Assembly (NCBI GenBank): GCA_030648715.1
Contig: JAUSGZ010000017.1
Coordinates: forward strand, 5,108 to 69,107
DNA from: a bacterium
GTDB taxonomy: Bacteria; Patescibacteriota; Patescibacteriia; Buchananbacterales; GWA2-38-13
Direction: 5' to 3'
DNA length: 64,000 bases
Within the stretch, counting starts at the first letter, position 1; each line of letters opens with the position of its first letter. Of the stretch, positions 54,722 through 64,000 are shown piece after piece. The translations under genes and the position numbers were made by a program. The notes beneath the pieces are model-generated. The model was not told the DNA's origin. It saw nothing but the letters and a program-made list of their open reading frames with translations, and made no database searches.

Positions 54722-56001
54722 TTGAAGGTCTTTTCCCGGACATCAAAGTACGCCAATTTTTCATACTGATGCCGCCCGCGCTGCTTAAAAATATTGGATA
54801 GCTGCGCACCGACGCGCGCGGCATCATGCTCGGGCACATCCAAACGCTCCTGTAGCACATATTGTATAAACAACTGCACCGACTGTCTACTCAACGGCTG
54901 CCGCACGAGCGTGTCCGCCGCCGCTTGGCCGTACAACGATGGCCACACCGACCGCAGGTGCTGCTGCAACGCCTGGTCATTGGCGAGTAACCGCTCCAGC
55001 TGGTCGTTCTCCGCCAACAAGCGCATCGTCGCGACCGTGCGAGGCACGTTCCGCGACTGCACCGCCGCGAAGAACTCGGCGGCCAATTTTTTCTGGTCAT
55101 TACCGGCCTTGGCGCGGATGCCAGACACGGCCTCAGTGACCGCCCGCTGGTCGGCATCGCCGCCGCGGTAGGCAGCGACGATATGCCCCAACGCGGGGGC
55201 AGTCACCGCTGCGGAGGCGAAATCCGTGATCGCTTTACCGCCAACCCGTTCCACCACCGGTTCCTGGACGGTGCGCTCTTCCACGATGGGCGCCTTGTGC
55301 GGGAAGCGCAACAGGTCGTAGGTCTCCAGCAGTTTGGTGAGAATTTCACGGTCGGCGTTGTTCAGCCGCTTGACGTTGGCATCCCGCTGCAAAAAATGGG
55401 CGCGTTCCACCGGTCCGCGTTCCTGGTTCAGGGGGAACGAACCGTTGTAGGCCCGCAGCCAATTCTGCACCGTCGGGTCTAAACGCTCCGGGTTCTCCGG
55501 CACGGTGAGCGGCGTTTCTCCGATCGTTTCCAAATTCAACCCGATAACCCGTAAAATGGTGTTGCTTGCGTTCACCGCCAATTCGGGTTCGCCATAACTG
55601 ATGAGCGCTGCTTGCAGCCCAGCGGCCAGATTCAAGCCCGCTCGCAAGGCCATGACGGTGCTGGCTTGGAATACCCCCTCAACATCGCGAATCCGCAGTA
55701 AGGCAACTCCGACAACCTTCAAAATGGCGATGATCTGCTGGAGTCGTTCTTCATCGGTAGCATCCAGAAGCGTTCGGTCCGAGCTGGAAGAAAGCAGCCC
55801 CTGCAGCCGTCGCGCCAGTTGCAGCGCCAATCCCCATTCATGCGCTTCATCCAGATAGAGCGCAGTGGCATAGAGCCGTTCGAACGCCCTGGGCTGCTTC
55901 AACCAATGCACATCAACAAATGCGAACTCTTCCTCGGTCAAACCCTGGTCAAGGTCGGGTTTCCGGGTCGCGAGAAAGTGATATGTCAGATGTTCGGCCA
56001 T
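54709..56001 (-). CDS. Hypothetical cytoplasmic protein (430 aa) translationally coupled to the giant TrbL-like gene
   Basis: No TM segments and no recognisable family. The start lies 5 nt after the stop of the giant gene. Confidence 0.5.
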   Translation of the reverse strand: MAEHLTYHFLATRKPDLDQGLTEEEFAFVDVHWLKQPRAFERLYATALYLDEAHEWGLALQLARRLQGLLSSSSDRTLLDATDEERLQQIIAILKVVGVALLRIRDVEGVFQASTVMALRAGLNLAAGLQAALISYGEPELAVNASNTILRVIGLNLETIGETPLTVPENPERLDPTVQNWLRAYNGSFPLNQERGPVERAHFLQRDANVKRLNNADREILTKLLETYDLLRFPHKAPIVEERTVQEPVVERVGGKAITDFASAAVTAPALGHIVAAYRGGDADQRAVTEAVSGIRAKAGNDQKKLAAEFFAAVQSRNVPRTVATMRLLAENDQLERLLANDQALQQHLRSVWPSLYGQAAADTLVRQPLSRQSVQLFIQYVLQERLDVPEHDAARVGAQLSNIFKQRGRHQYEKLAYFDVREKTFKWLP

Positions 56002-56006
56002 ACTGC

Positions 56007-59000
56007 TTAAATGGTTGGTCGGCCTTTCGGCGGTTCGCCGGATAAGGATTCTGGAGAAATTGCAGGGATTTCTGGTACGCCGGTTGACCCTTCCTTGCTC
56101 TGCGCCATCTCCTGCAAAGACTTATTGATCTGGAAAAGAAGGTCTGCAAGCTCGTCGGCTTGTTCCCTTGTCACCCCAGCCCCGGCTTCGGCAGATACCT
56201 GCGCCTCGCCGATACGCGCCACACCATCACGCAAATTCTTGCCCAAAACATCAAATTTCTTGCTTGCGTCTTTATCGGTCATGCCAGCCTTTTCCTCCTG
56301 TTCGGATAACGTTGTCGCAAGCGACTGTACGCTGCCAGAAACCTGCGCCAGCGCTTCGCTCATGGTCTTGAGCATCTTGTTCAGGGTGGCGAGGTCGGCA
56401 GTCGGAAACGCTTTTACCACCTCCGCCTGCCGCTCAACTTGTTCTGCGGCGTGCGCTGCTATCTTTTGGGACGTCACGGTCGCAGCCGGAGGCGTCGGTG
56501 AATCCGCTGGTTGTACGGGCGCGGGGGAAGACGGATGTGCAGCTACTGGGGATGGCTCTTGGACGGGTTGGGACGCTCGAGGCGATGTGGACTTACGAGC
56601 CGCACGCCTTGCCTCCACTTCCTTGGCCAAGTTATCGGTATGTGATGTACCCCCGCGATCAATACCGCGGCCAACCGCCGAAAGCTGGTTACCGAAAAGA
56701 TTTCGGGCAACCGCGGCTGCCTTCTGGACATCCTCAGGGGTCGCGCCGTGCATCACCACGTTATCAAATCTATATTTCGCCCGTTGCCCGGTTGGAGCAA
56801 CTTTCACTTGGCCGTTATAGCCTGCCTTCGCCAAAGCCGCCATAAATTGATTCAAGCGTTCCGGCGTAAGATCCCGCAGCGTGTCTTTGAACGTCAAATA
56901 ACCTTTGTGGGTTTCTCCCGTTGATTCTTTGCCTTTGCCAACCTGGTAATTCAGCCAATCCGACTCTGCTCCGATAGCGCGGACATTCTCAACTTGGGTC
57001 TTCCCACTCCCTACTTCATTCCAATTGTTAGTTTGTTTTTTACCGAACTCCTTCAATGATTCAAGCAACCCGGGAGTTGAAGCCATCTCTTTGGCGATAT
57101 CAGACTCTTGCAAGTGGCGCAGTTCCGCCTTTCGCGTCAATAGATTGTAGACATCCGCGCCAGTTACCTCTAAACGATTTTGGGTCAGATACTCCGCAAA
57201 TTCATCCTGGGACATGGCGGCAATCTCATGTTGAGATGGCGAATGCAGCGCAGACGGCGCGGAACCTAGTCCTGCAGTTCCTGTGGGGGGTTGCGCCGGC
57301 CCGGCAGCTGTTTTGGCAGAAATCTTTGGCGGCGGAACAGCCCGTACCGAGGGCGGCTCAATGCCCTCAGCCGCGGCTTCGGCCGCACGACCAACATTTT
57401 CTTCCGCCGCAGTGGCGGTGGCCTCCACCTGTTCAACCAACCCGACCAGACCCGCGGAGAAATCCTGAATTTCTCCCATTCTTTGTTCGATCTGCCCCAT
57501 CTCTTCGGTTCGTTGAGCGATCGCCTGCTGCGCCTTGCGCAGGGCGGCAACATTACCCGTTGACCGGGCCTTCTGGGCAGCCGCCCCCTGCTGCTGCAGC
57601 GCAGCCCCTGCCGCAATACGACGCTTGTCCAACTTCTCGTACTCTTTGCTCATGGCTGGGATTTCCTGCTCCCCGATCGTTTTCGCTTCTTGCAAACGAC
57701 GCTGAGCGATCACCAACTCTTCTTGCGCGAGCACGAGATCGCTCACATCGGCAGCGTTCTTCAGCACCAAATCATCCCACTCGCCGATCTCCTTATCGAC
57801 ACCCTTGATCTGGCCACCCACCGTATTGAAACGGTCTTGGGCGGCCTTCACCGCATCATCAGCGCGCTTGCGTTCCGTACCCGGCGCGGCCTGGGCCTGC
57901 CGCTCTTGCTGCTTCCGCAGGTCTTTCTCCGCGGCTTGATGCTGCTTGACCAACCCTGTCCGCTTCTCGGCGAGCTCGGCATAGTTGAAATCACGCTTCA
58001 CTTTTGCGACATTGAGCTCCTGGTCCGCATCTTTCAAGCCGCTACCCTTGACTTTGGGGGCTAGACCGAGACGGCGACGCTTCACGGTGTAATCCAGCTG
58101 GTCGCGAATGATCTGCGCTCGCTGCGCGCGGTCGTGCGCCGCCCGAGCGCCCGCCGCATCCCCTTGGGTCGCCTTTTCTTCCGCCTCCTTGTTATTCGCT
58201 TCCAATTCGGACTGGGCATGGCTAAGTTGCTGGGCCAGTTCATCCTTACTCAATGTGCCAGCCGCGTCCCGAACAGCGGCAGCGAACGTTTCCAGAGACT
58301 GCACGGATTCCTCAACCCGGCGCCGGTAATCGGCTTGCGCGCCTTCCAGCGCCTGGGAGTCCCTGGCGACGACGTCCTGCTGTTCAGTAACGGCATCGGT
58401 GGCGGCGGTAACCTCCTGCTGCTTGGCACGGGCCAACGTTTGGGCCTCCTCCTGGGCCTGGTAGTTCCCCTCTTCGACTGCCCGGCGGGCCTGCGCGTTC
58501 AATTCCGCGAGCTCAAGCTGCCGCTGGTCGCGCACCTTGACGCGATTTCCCAATTCCTGCTGGCTAGCCCGCACGATCTGTTCCTTGGCGCCGATCTCCT
58601 GCTTGGCACCCGCCACCTCCTCACGGTTTCCCTGGCGCGCCGTCAAAAACTTCTCTTCCACGGCAGTCAGCGACTGCTGGCCCTTGCTGACCGGTACGGG
58701 CTTAGGTTGCAACGCCTGCACCGCGCGCTCCTTGGCCTGTACCTCCTGCTGCTGTTTTGCGATGCGCTGTTGCGCGGTACGCAGATCCCGTTCCGCGGCC
58801 TGGGCCAGGCGTTCCTGCCTCCCGGCTTCTTCCTGGCTGCCTTGGTCTGCGGCCCGCTTCCTCAAGCGGTTATGCACCTGGGCGCGACGGGCAAGCTCAT
58901 CGCGATTCTGTTCCAATTCCGTCAATTTGCCGCGGCTTTCCGACAGCTCCTGCTGCGCGCGCGCCGCTACATTCTCGGGCTTTGCCGCCTCGCGGCGCTG

Positions 59001-62000
59001 CTGGGTTTGACTGACGCGCTCCTGCAACGTCGTCATGAGCTCGGGGAACGACTGGTCCGCCTGCCGCGCGTTGTCCAGCGCCGCCTCCTTGCCCGCCACG
59101 TCGCGACGCTTGGCGCCAATGGTCTGATCAAGCTGCGCCAGCTGCTGAGCGGACTGGTCGGCTTGCTGGCGAGCTGCGGCGATCTCCTGGGGCGTCAGGC
59201 CAACACCTGCCTGCCGCACCGCCGCCTGGTTGATCTGCACGGCTTCGCCCAACGCCTGCTGGTCAGAACGATGCTGCATTAGCGTACGCTTGGACTCCTG
59301 CAGGCGAAGGTACTCGGCGTCGTACGCCTGACGTTTGACCCCGACGTCCTGGCGCGCCGTCTCGTCGCGTTGAACGGCTGCCGCAACACGCGTCTCCTGC
59401 GCGGCCTTGGCCGAGCTCTGCGTCTCGATCTGCTGGTTCAGCTGCGCCAATGGTGCGGCGATCTTTCCCTCTGCAGCAGCTGCCAACGCCTGCTCACGGG
59501 TCGCTTCCTCAAGCGCCTGCTGTTCGGCCAAAGCGTTGCCACTCGCCCTCGCGGCGTTCAAACGCTGGCTGGCGGCGTTCTGGTTGGTGAGATGTTGGTC
59601 GCGTTCGCGAGTCAAGACATCGCGATTTCCCATCAACGCCGTCAACTGGGTTTGTATCGCCTGCAAAGCCGATCTCTCTTGCCCCGCTGCCGCCGCCGCT
59701 TCGGGCAGCTCCACCTTAGCGTTCTGCAGCTCGATGCGGGCATGCTCGACATTTTCCTCCTGGGTCTGCACCACCTGCTCCTGTTCGTTGACGCGTTGAT
59801 CGGCCGCACCCAACTGCCCCGCGCTGCGGTTATACGCTTCCTGCGCCGCGCTCACGTCACGCGCCTCGGCATACCGGGCAGCCTGCTGGCGCACCAACGT
59901 CAAGGACTTCAGCTTGCTGCGGTCGCCTTCTAACGCTGCCAACTCACCGCGCTCTCCCTCCAACGCCGATCTCGACTCCTCGGTTGCCGCCCCCCACTGG
60001 GGACTGACCTCGGCCAGGACTTTTTCTGCGATCCCGTCCAGCTCCGCGTCCGACAGTTGGTCAAGGGATCTTTGCAATGTCGCTGCGAACGCTTGGCTGC
60101 TGGGCCCCGCGCTCGCGGCTGCCTGCTGGCGCAGGGCTTCGGCCTGCGTCAGGGCCTGCTGGCGCTGGTCTACCACGCCCCGCTGGGTCGCGACCTGCGT
60201 ATTGAGGACATTCAACTGCGGCTGCACCTTCGCCTGGGAATCGCGCGCCAAATCGCGCTCCGTCATGGCTTCGCGGTCATTCGCAGCAAAACCCAATTTG
60301 TCGCCGCGCGCTTTTGCCTGCTCCGCCCGCTGGCGTGCCGCCTGGCCCTTGGCGATATGCGCATCCGTTTCCCGCAACAATTCCCCGCGCTGGCCTTCCA
60401 GCTGGGTAAGCTTTTGCTGTTCCGCGGTAAGGGAGGCGTTCGCTTGCTGTACCTGCGCTTCGGCCCGGGTAACCTCCTGGGCGCGCGAACCTTGCTGGCC
60501 CGCTGCGTCCGTCAAAATTTTCCCGATCTGCACATCAGGCTTTTGCTGCCGCTGACGGTGAATTTCTTCGATCTCTTCGTTGGTGATGGCGCGCTCTGCC
60601 TTCTCCTGCGGGGCAAGCGGTTCGTCCGGCTTGAGTTTGCGGCCGCGGTAGCGCGCACCCTTGGCAACCTTTCCGGTCTTGTCCGTCACTTCCAGCTCAT
60701 CAAGGAAATTCCGCGTCTGTTCGGACAACGTGTGGGCGTTATCGTTCACGCCCAACGCGTGCGCCAGATATTCTTCCGGCGTTTCCTGGTCGAACAATTG
60801 CTGCTGCTCCTCGGACAACGTGCCCCGGAACGTCTGACGCTGCTCGTCGTTCAGCTGATTAGCAAGAGTATGGCCGTACTCGTGGCGACGGGCGGTGAAA
60901 CGACTGCCGAACGCGGCGTTGTTATGCAAGGACAGTGTGGAAGCGGAATCCAGCCGCTTTTTGAATTCGGCCTGGCGCTGCTGGGCACTGACCTCTCCAG
61001 CCGCCAGCGAGGAAACATCCTTGTCCTGGGACATCTGCCGCAGCGCCTCACCCTGCTGGGCGCCCAGCACCGCCGCATCCCTATAGTGGTAGCCCGCCAC
61101 CGCGCCCGAAGCATCGCGAACCTCCTCAACGCGCCCAGCGGCGTTGCCCTCCTTGAACTCAGCCGCCGCCCATTGCCCGACCACGCGGTCGGCATATTGT
61201 TTGTCCGCGTCCGCCGGTTTCAATGTTTGGTATTTCGCGGCGTAACCGTCGCGCAATTCCTCATCCGTGACGGCGTCGGGCTGCTTGCCCAACCCTTGGG
61301 CAACCTCCTGTCGGAACGCGGCTCCTTTGCCGACCAACTCTTTCCCGTAATCCTCCGCCAAATTCTTGGCGACGATATCTTTGTTCGCCTTACGCTCTGC
61401 GGTTGACTCATCGTAGTTGACGGCAGTCATTCCCGGAACGACGCCATACCGCTGACCGGCTTCGGCGGACTCGAAGTTCACACCGATACCGGCCACCGCC
61501 TTTCGTCCATATTCCGCCAATGGGCCTTCGGCGTAGCCCTCGGCTGGCCGCCGCTCGATGGAGGCAACACCCCGCATCGCATCCAGGCTCTCGCTCCGTT
61601 TTTCCTCCACCTGCTCATGGCGGATAATTGCCGACGTAGCATACAACGTCCCGGCGCGTATTTCTTCCTGGTGCAGGCGCCCATACGCTTCATTGGCCTC
61701 GGACTCCGACATTCCGGCAGCCAGCAGCTGCTGGTACGCTTCCTGCGAAGCGGCCTGGACCTCGGGGCTGTAGGTCTCCATCAACGGGCGTCCGCCCTTC
61801 GGGGCGTACCCACCATGCAGCCGCCATTCTTCGGGAATCTCCTCATGTTGCGACGCCGCTGGTCTTCCATTGATATCCAAAGCCCCGGGTGTCCCATGCT
61901 GTAAATACGTCTCCCATTCTGGGCCGGTTCGGCTATTGACGTAGGTTTCCAACTCGGGCGAAAGCGGCCCCGCACGAGCGGCGGCATAACTTGTAGGCTC

Positions 62001-64000
62001 GTAGGTCTTTCCTGATTTTGTAAACGCTTCCTCTGCATACTTATCTAATTCAATCCCAGGGGTGCCATCGTAGTTCCGAACCCCGGCTTTATTCATAATT
62101 CTTTCAACCGCTACGGCTTGTTCCGGAGAAATATTCTTTTGTCCAAAAAGGTTGGCTACCCCATGGTGGCCCTTCGCCTTGAATTGGTCGTAGACCGACC
62201 TAATATCCAGCGCCATGGAACCGGTTTTTTGGTCAAAACGGAAGCCGGCGAACTCCGCGGCGCGCGGCTGCAGGCCGTGTCCTCGTTGCGCCACCACGCG
62301 ACCGAAGAATACGGTATCGAATTTCGCCGACGCGATCTTACCCAAACGGTCCATCCGGCCCATGCGAGAATGGACGACCTTTCCGCCCGACAGCACGTCC
62401 TCGAACGGCTGCGCGGTGGGATGGAATTTGAAAAAGGCCTTGCCTTCGGTCTTGGCAACAAAATTTTCCATTTTTCCGCGGCCGATGATCGTACCGAACT
62501 CTTCGCCGAACTTCTCCTCGAGTTTCCGCAAGACATTCGCTTGGATCCGTGGATTATTGTCGATGGTCGGATGCTTTTTGTACTCCACTTCAAGTTCTTC
62601 CCGGGCGCTGTCTTCGGACACCAGCACGTTCTCCACGTCGCCGGTGGGGCGTCCTTTGCTGTCAAGTACGGGGCGCGTGAACCCGTAGCCAAATCCGCGC
62701 AGGAGCGCGCTCTCCTCTGATTGGTCCTTCAGCAACACGCCCAGGTCGCCCGCAGACCGTTTGCCGAAAGTGCCGCCGATGCGCTTCATCAAATGTTCGC
62801 GGAAACTGGTTTGTGAGTGTTCTTGGTCTCCGTACTCATCGGGGTACCGCTGCGCCATGTAGCCCATGTAGTCGTCGGTGTGGTTGCCCTTGTTCAGCGC
62901 CAGGGCGGCCGCGAACGAGCGCACCTGGTTTTTGTTCTTGATGGCAAGGTCAAATTCGCTGGCTTTTTCCGTTTCCGTCAGGTTATTCAGTTCGGACATT
63001 TCCTTGCTGACGAGCGAACGGAATGCCTTGTCACCTTCCTTGGTTTTTTCACCTTCCAGCCGAGGAATAGCTCCGACGGTTACGCCCGCGATCTTGACCC
63101 GCTGCCAACGCAGGCGTGGTTTGGTCACGCTGTTGAGAAAGTCGGCCATGTCGCCAACGGATTTACCGAACGACTGCTGCTCCGCCATCTGTCGCGAACG
63201 CGCCGTGCCTTGCCGGCGAACGGTCGGGCTTAATAATCCCGCAATCGTTGAATACCACCGCTTGTCTTGCACGCGCCGACCGAGCCATCGGTCGGTCAAG
63301 CGGCCCGCGCCGTAGGTGCCTTCCCGCGCCAGCCAACCGGCGCCGCGCAACGGCGAGGTACCCGCACGGATGCCGGCGCGGGCCATGCGCTGGCCGTACG
63401 ACCGCAAACTGCCCATGACCGAGCCGGCGAACTGCGAACCGGCAACGCCGGCCTTCTGGGCGGCCACCAGCCCGCCCAGCATCAGGCAGGTCATCACCAA
63501 AAACTTCAACACGTTCTCTTTCTCTCCGGCCTTGCCGATACCCACCCGCAATGACGGTTCCAATTGGGCGACGCCCCCTTCGCTCAAGGCGGTGGTTGGC
63601 GCACGCGTGGTATCCAGCGTGGTCGTGAAGGCCTGTTCCGAGGTCGCGATCGCCAGCCAGAAGAAGAACATCAGGATGGGCCCGACGGTCACGTACTTGG
63701 AGAAGGTCTGCCACCACTCGCGGCTGTAGCGCTCCCCCTGCGGGAAGGCCGACAGCACGTAGGCGAGCGGCGAAAGGATGATCAGTATCCACAGCGCAAC
63801 GATACGCAACGCAAACACCACGAGGTACGCCAGGATGACGGAAAACGCGATGATGAGCATGACGGTTGCGAGCAGCAGCGACAGGAAGAGGTAGAACAAG
63901 GCGATATTCTCCTCGCCGGACCCCGGCAGGAACGCGTCCTGGCTGACCGCGAACAACTCGGCGAGCCCGAACTTGGCGTAGATGTTGCCGGCGGTCACCT
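56007..64000 (-). CDS. Giant (>2663 aa, 5' end outside window) TrbL/VirB6-like polytopic membrane protein with >1000-aa Q/A/E/R-rich coiled coil and C-terminal globular/Pro-rich regions
   Basis: The visible N-terminal part has 5-6 TM helices with a TrbL-like pattern (LRIVALWILIILSPLAYVLSAFPQGERYSREWWQTFSKYVTVGPILMFFFWLAI). Heptad-pattern coiled coil is encoded across ~57.6-60.8 kb. The C-terminus is Pro/Ser-rich. The ORF is open to the window edge. Confidence 0.6.
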   Translation of the reverse strand, partial: VTAGNIYAKFGLAELFAVSQDAFLPGSGEENIALFYLFLSLLLATVMLIIAFSVILAYLVVFALRIVALWILIILSPLAYVLSAFPQGERYSREWWQTFSKYVTVGPILMFFFWLAIATSEQAFTTTLDTTRAPTTALSEGGVAQLEPSLRVGIGKAGEKENVLKFLVMTCLMLGGLVAAQKAGVAGSQFAGSVMGSLRSYGQRMARAGIRAGTSPLRGAGWLAREGTYGAGRLTDRWLGRRVQDKRWYSTIAGLLSPTVRRQGTARSRQMAEQQSFGKSVGDMADFLNSVTKPRLRWQRVKIAGVTVGAIPRLEGEKTKEGDKAFRSLVSKEMSELNNLTETEKASEFDLAIKNKNQVRSFAAALALNKGNHTDDYMGYMAQRYPDEYGDQEHSQTSFREHLMKRIGGTFGKRSAGDLGVLLKDQSEESALLRGFGYGFTRPVLDSKGRPTGDVENVLVSEDSAREELEVEYKKHPTIDNNPRIQANVLRKLEEKFGEEFGTIIGRGKMENFVAKTEGKAFFKFHPTAQPFEDVLSGGKVVHSRMGRMDRLGKIASAKFDTVFFGRVVAQRGHGLQPRAAEFAGFRFDQKTGSMALDIRSVYDQFKAKGHHGVANLFGQKNISPEQAVAVERIMNKAGVRNYDGTPGIELDKYAEEAFTKSGKTYEPTSYAAARAGPLSPELETYVNSRTGPEWETYLQHGTPGALDINGRPAASQHEEIPEEWRLHGGYAPKGGRPLMETYSPEVQAASQEAYQQLLAAGMSESEANEAYGRLHQEEIRAGTLYATSAIIRHEQVEEKRSESLDAMRGVASIERRPAEGYAEGPLAEYGRKAVAGIGVNFESAEAGQRYGVVPGMTAVNYDESTAERKANKDIVAKNLAEDYGKELVGKGAAFRQEVAQGLGKQPDAVTDEELRDGYAAKYQTLKPADADKQYADRVVGQWAAAEFKEGNAAGRVEEVRDASGAVAGYHYRDAAVLGAQQGEALRQMSQDKDVSSLAAGEVSAQQRQAEFKKRLDSASTLSLHNNAAFGSRFTARRHEYGHTLANQLNDEQRQTFRGTLSEEQQQLFDQETPEEYLAHALGVNDNAHTLSEQTRNFLDELEVTDKTGKVAKGARYRGRKLKPDEPLAPQEKAERAITNEEIEEIHRQRQQKPDVQIGKILTDAAGQQGSRAQEVTRAEAQVQQANASLTAEQQKLTQLEGQRGELLRETDAHIAKGQAARQRAEQAKARGDKLGFAANDREAMTERDLARDSQAKVQPQLNVLNTQVATQRGVVDQRQQALTQAEALRQQAAASAGPSSQAFAATLQRSLDQLSDAELDGIAEKVLAEVSPQWGAATEESRSALEGERGELAALEGDRSKLKSLTLVRQQAARYAEARDVSAAQEAYNRSAGQLGAADQRVNEQEQVVQTQEENVEHARIELQNAKVELPEAAAAAGQERSALQAIQTQLTALMGNRDVLTRERDQHLTNQNAASQRLNAARASGNALAEQQALEEATREQALAAAAEGKIAAPLAQLNQQIETQSSAKAAQETRVAAAVQRDETARQDVGVKRQAYDAEYLRLQESKRTLMQHRSDQQALGEAVQINQAAVRQAGVGLTPQEIAAARQQADQSAQQLAQLDQTIGAKRRDVAGKEAALDNARQADQSFPELMTTLQERVSQTQQRREAAKPENVAARAQQELSESRGKLTELEQNRDELARRAQVHNRLRKRAADQGSQEEAGRQERLAQAAERDLRTAQQRIAKQQQEVQAKERAVQALQPKPVPVSKGQQSLTAVEEKFLTARQGNREEVAGAKQEIGAKEQIVRASQQELGNRVKVRDQRQLELAELNAQARRAVEEGNYQAQEEAQTLARAKQQEVTAATDAVTEQQDVVARDSQALEGAQADYRRRVEESVQSLETFAAAVRDAAGTLSKDELAQQLSHAQSELEANNKEAEEKATQGDAAGARAAHDRAQRAQIIRDQLDYTVKRRRLGLAPKVKGSGLKDADQELNVAKVKRDFNYAELAEKRTGLVKQHQAAEKDLRKQQERQAQAAPGTERKRADDAVKAAQDRFNTVGGQIKGVDKEIGEWDDLVLKNAADVSDLVLAQEELVIAQRRLQEAKTIGEQEIPAMSKEYEKLDKRRIAAGAALQQQGAAAQKARSTGNVAALRKAQQAIAQRTEEMGQIEQRMGEIQDFSAGLVGLVEQVEATATAAEENVGRAAEAAAEGIEPPSVRAVPPPKISAKTAAGPAQPPTGTAGLGSAPSALHSPSQHEIAAMSQDEFAEYLTQNRLEVTGADVYNLLTRKAELRHLQESDIAKEMASTPGLLESLKEFGKKQTNNWNEVGSGKTQVENVRAIGAESDWLNYQVGKGKESTGETHKGYLTFKDTLRDLTPERLNQFMAALAKAGYNGQVKVAPTGQRAKYRFDNVVMHGATPEDVQKAAAVARNLFGNQLSAVGRGIDRGGTSHTDNLAKEVEARRAARKSTSPRASQPVQEPSPVAAHPSSPAPVQPADSPTPPAATVTSQKIAAHAAEQVERQAEVVKAFPTADLATLNKMLKTMSEALAQVSGSVQSLATTLSEQEEKAGMTDKDASKKFDVLGKNLRDGVARIGEAQVSAEAGAGVTREQADELADLLFQINKSLQEMAQSKEGSTGVPEIPAISPESLSGEPPKGRPTI

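Noticed and set aside
56011-61406. Multiple plus-strand ORFs (e.g. 56011..56820, 58134..59282, 60057..61406) inside the giant TrbL-like gene
   Set aside because: They are low-complexity Leu/Arg/Ala-rich translations of the antisense coiled-coil region. No motifs, and they overlap a strongly supported long ORF.

Overview
High-GC (~64%) bacterial chromosomal window with tightly packed, often translationally coupled genes. The cell-envelope gene content suggests a monoderm / Patescibacteria(CPR)-like organism, but that lineage call is an inference.

Main blocks:
(1) 1-15.8 kb: a glycan-assembly locus with five GT4 and two GT2 glycosyltransferases, four SAM methyltransferases, an NAD-dependent sugar epimerase, a Wzx-like flippase, a WbaP-type priming phosphotransferase, and an O-antigen-ligase(Wzy_C)-family protein with a TPR tail. 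It lies convergent to the pilin genes, so it is a candidate protein/pilin O-glycosylation system.
(2) 15.9-25.7 kb: a type IV pilus locus with two tandem pilins, pilC, a PilT-like ATPase carrying Walker-A K->R and His-box H->N substitutions, a CheY-like receiver, pilB, a small membrane protein, pilO, an unusually extended pilN, and pilM. There is no secretin.
(3) 26.1-36.4 kb: a dockerin-bearing secreted repeat protein and a 2841-aa secreted beta-helix protein containing an array of a Cys/Asp-rich 'CDxDC...DPDC' repeat.
(4) 36.9-45.9 kb: housekeeping and stress genes lemA, htpX, clpC, a TolB-like propeller, radA and recG. Composite arrays of 7-nt TTGACC/GGTCAAA heptads sit upstream of htpX and clpC.
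(5) 46.0-48.8 kb: tRNA-Arg, tRNA-Ser(TGA) and tRNA-Ser(GCT) with tRNA-fragment duplications, a low-GC HAD-like gene and hpf.
(6) 48.9-64.0 kb: a long minus-strand operon reaching the window edge. It encodes a >2663-aa TrbL/VirB6-like polytopic protein with a >1000-aa coiled coil, two coupled hypothetical proteins, a third heptad array, a PrgI/VirB3-like membrane protein, a 240-aa protein, a VirB4-family ATPase, a membrane-anchored protein and comFC. No relaxase or coupling protein is present, so this reads as a ComB-like (DNA-uptake or contact-dependent) T4SS-related system rather than a conjugation module.

No CRISPR array, rRNA or recognisable transposase was seen.
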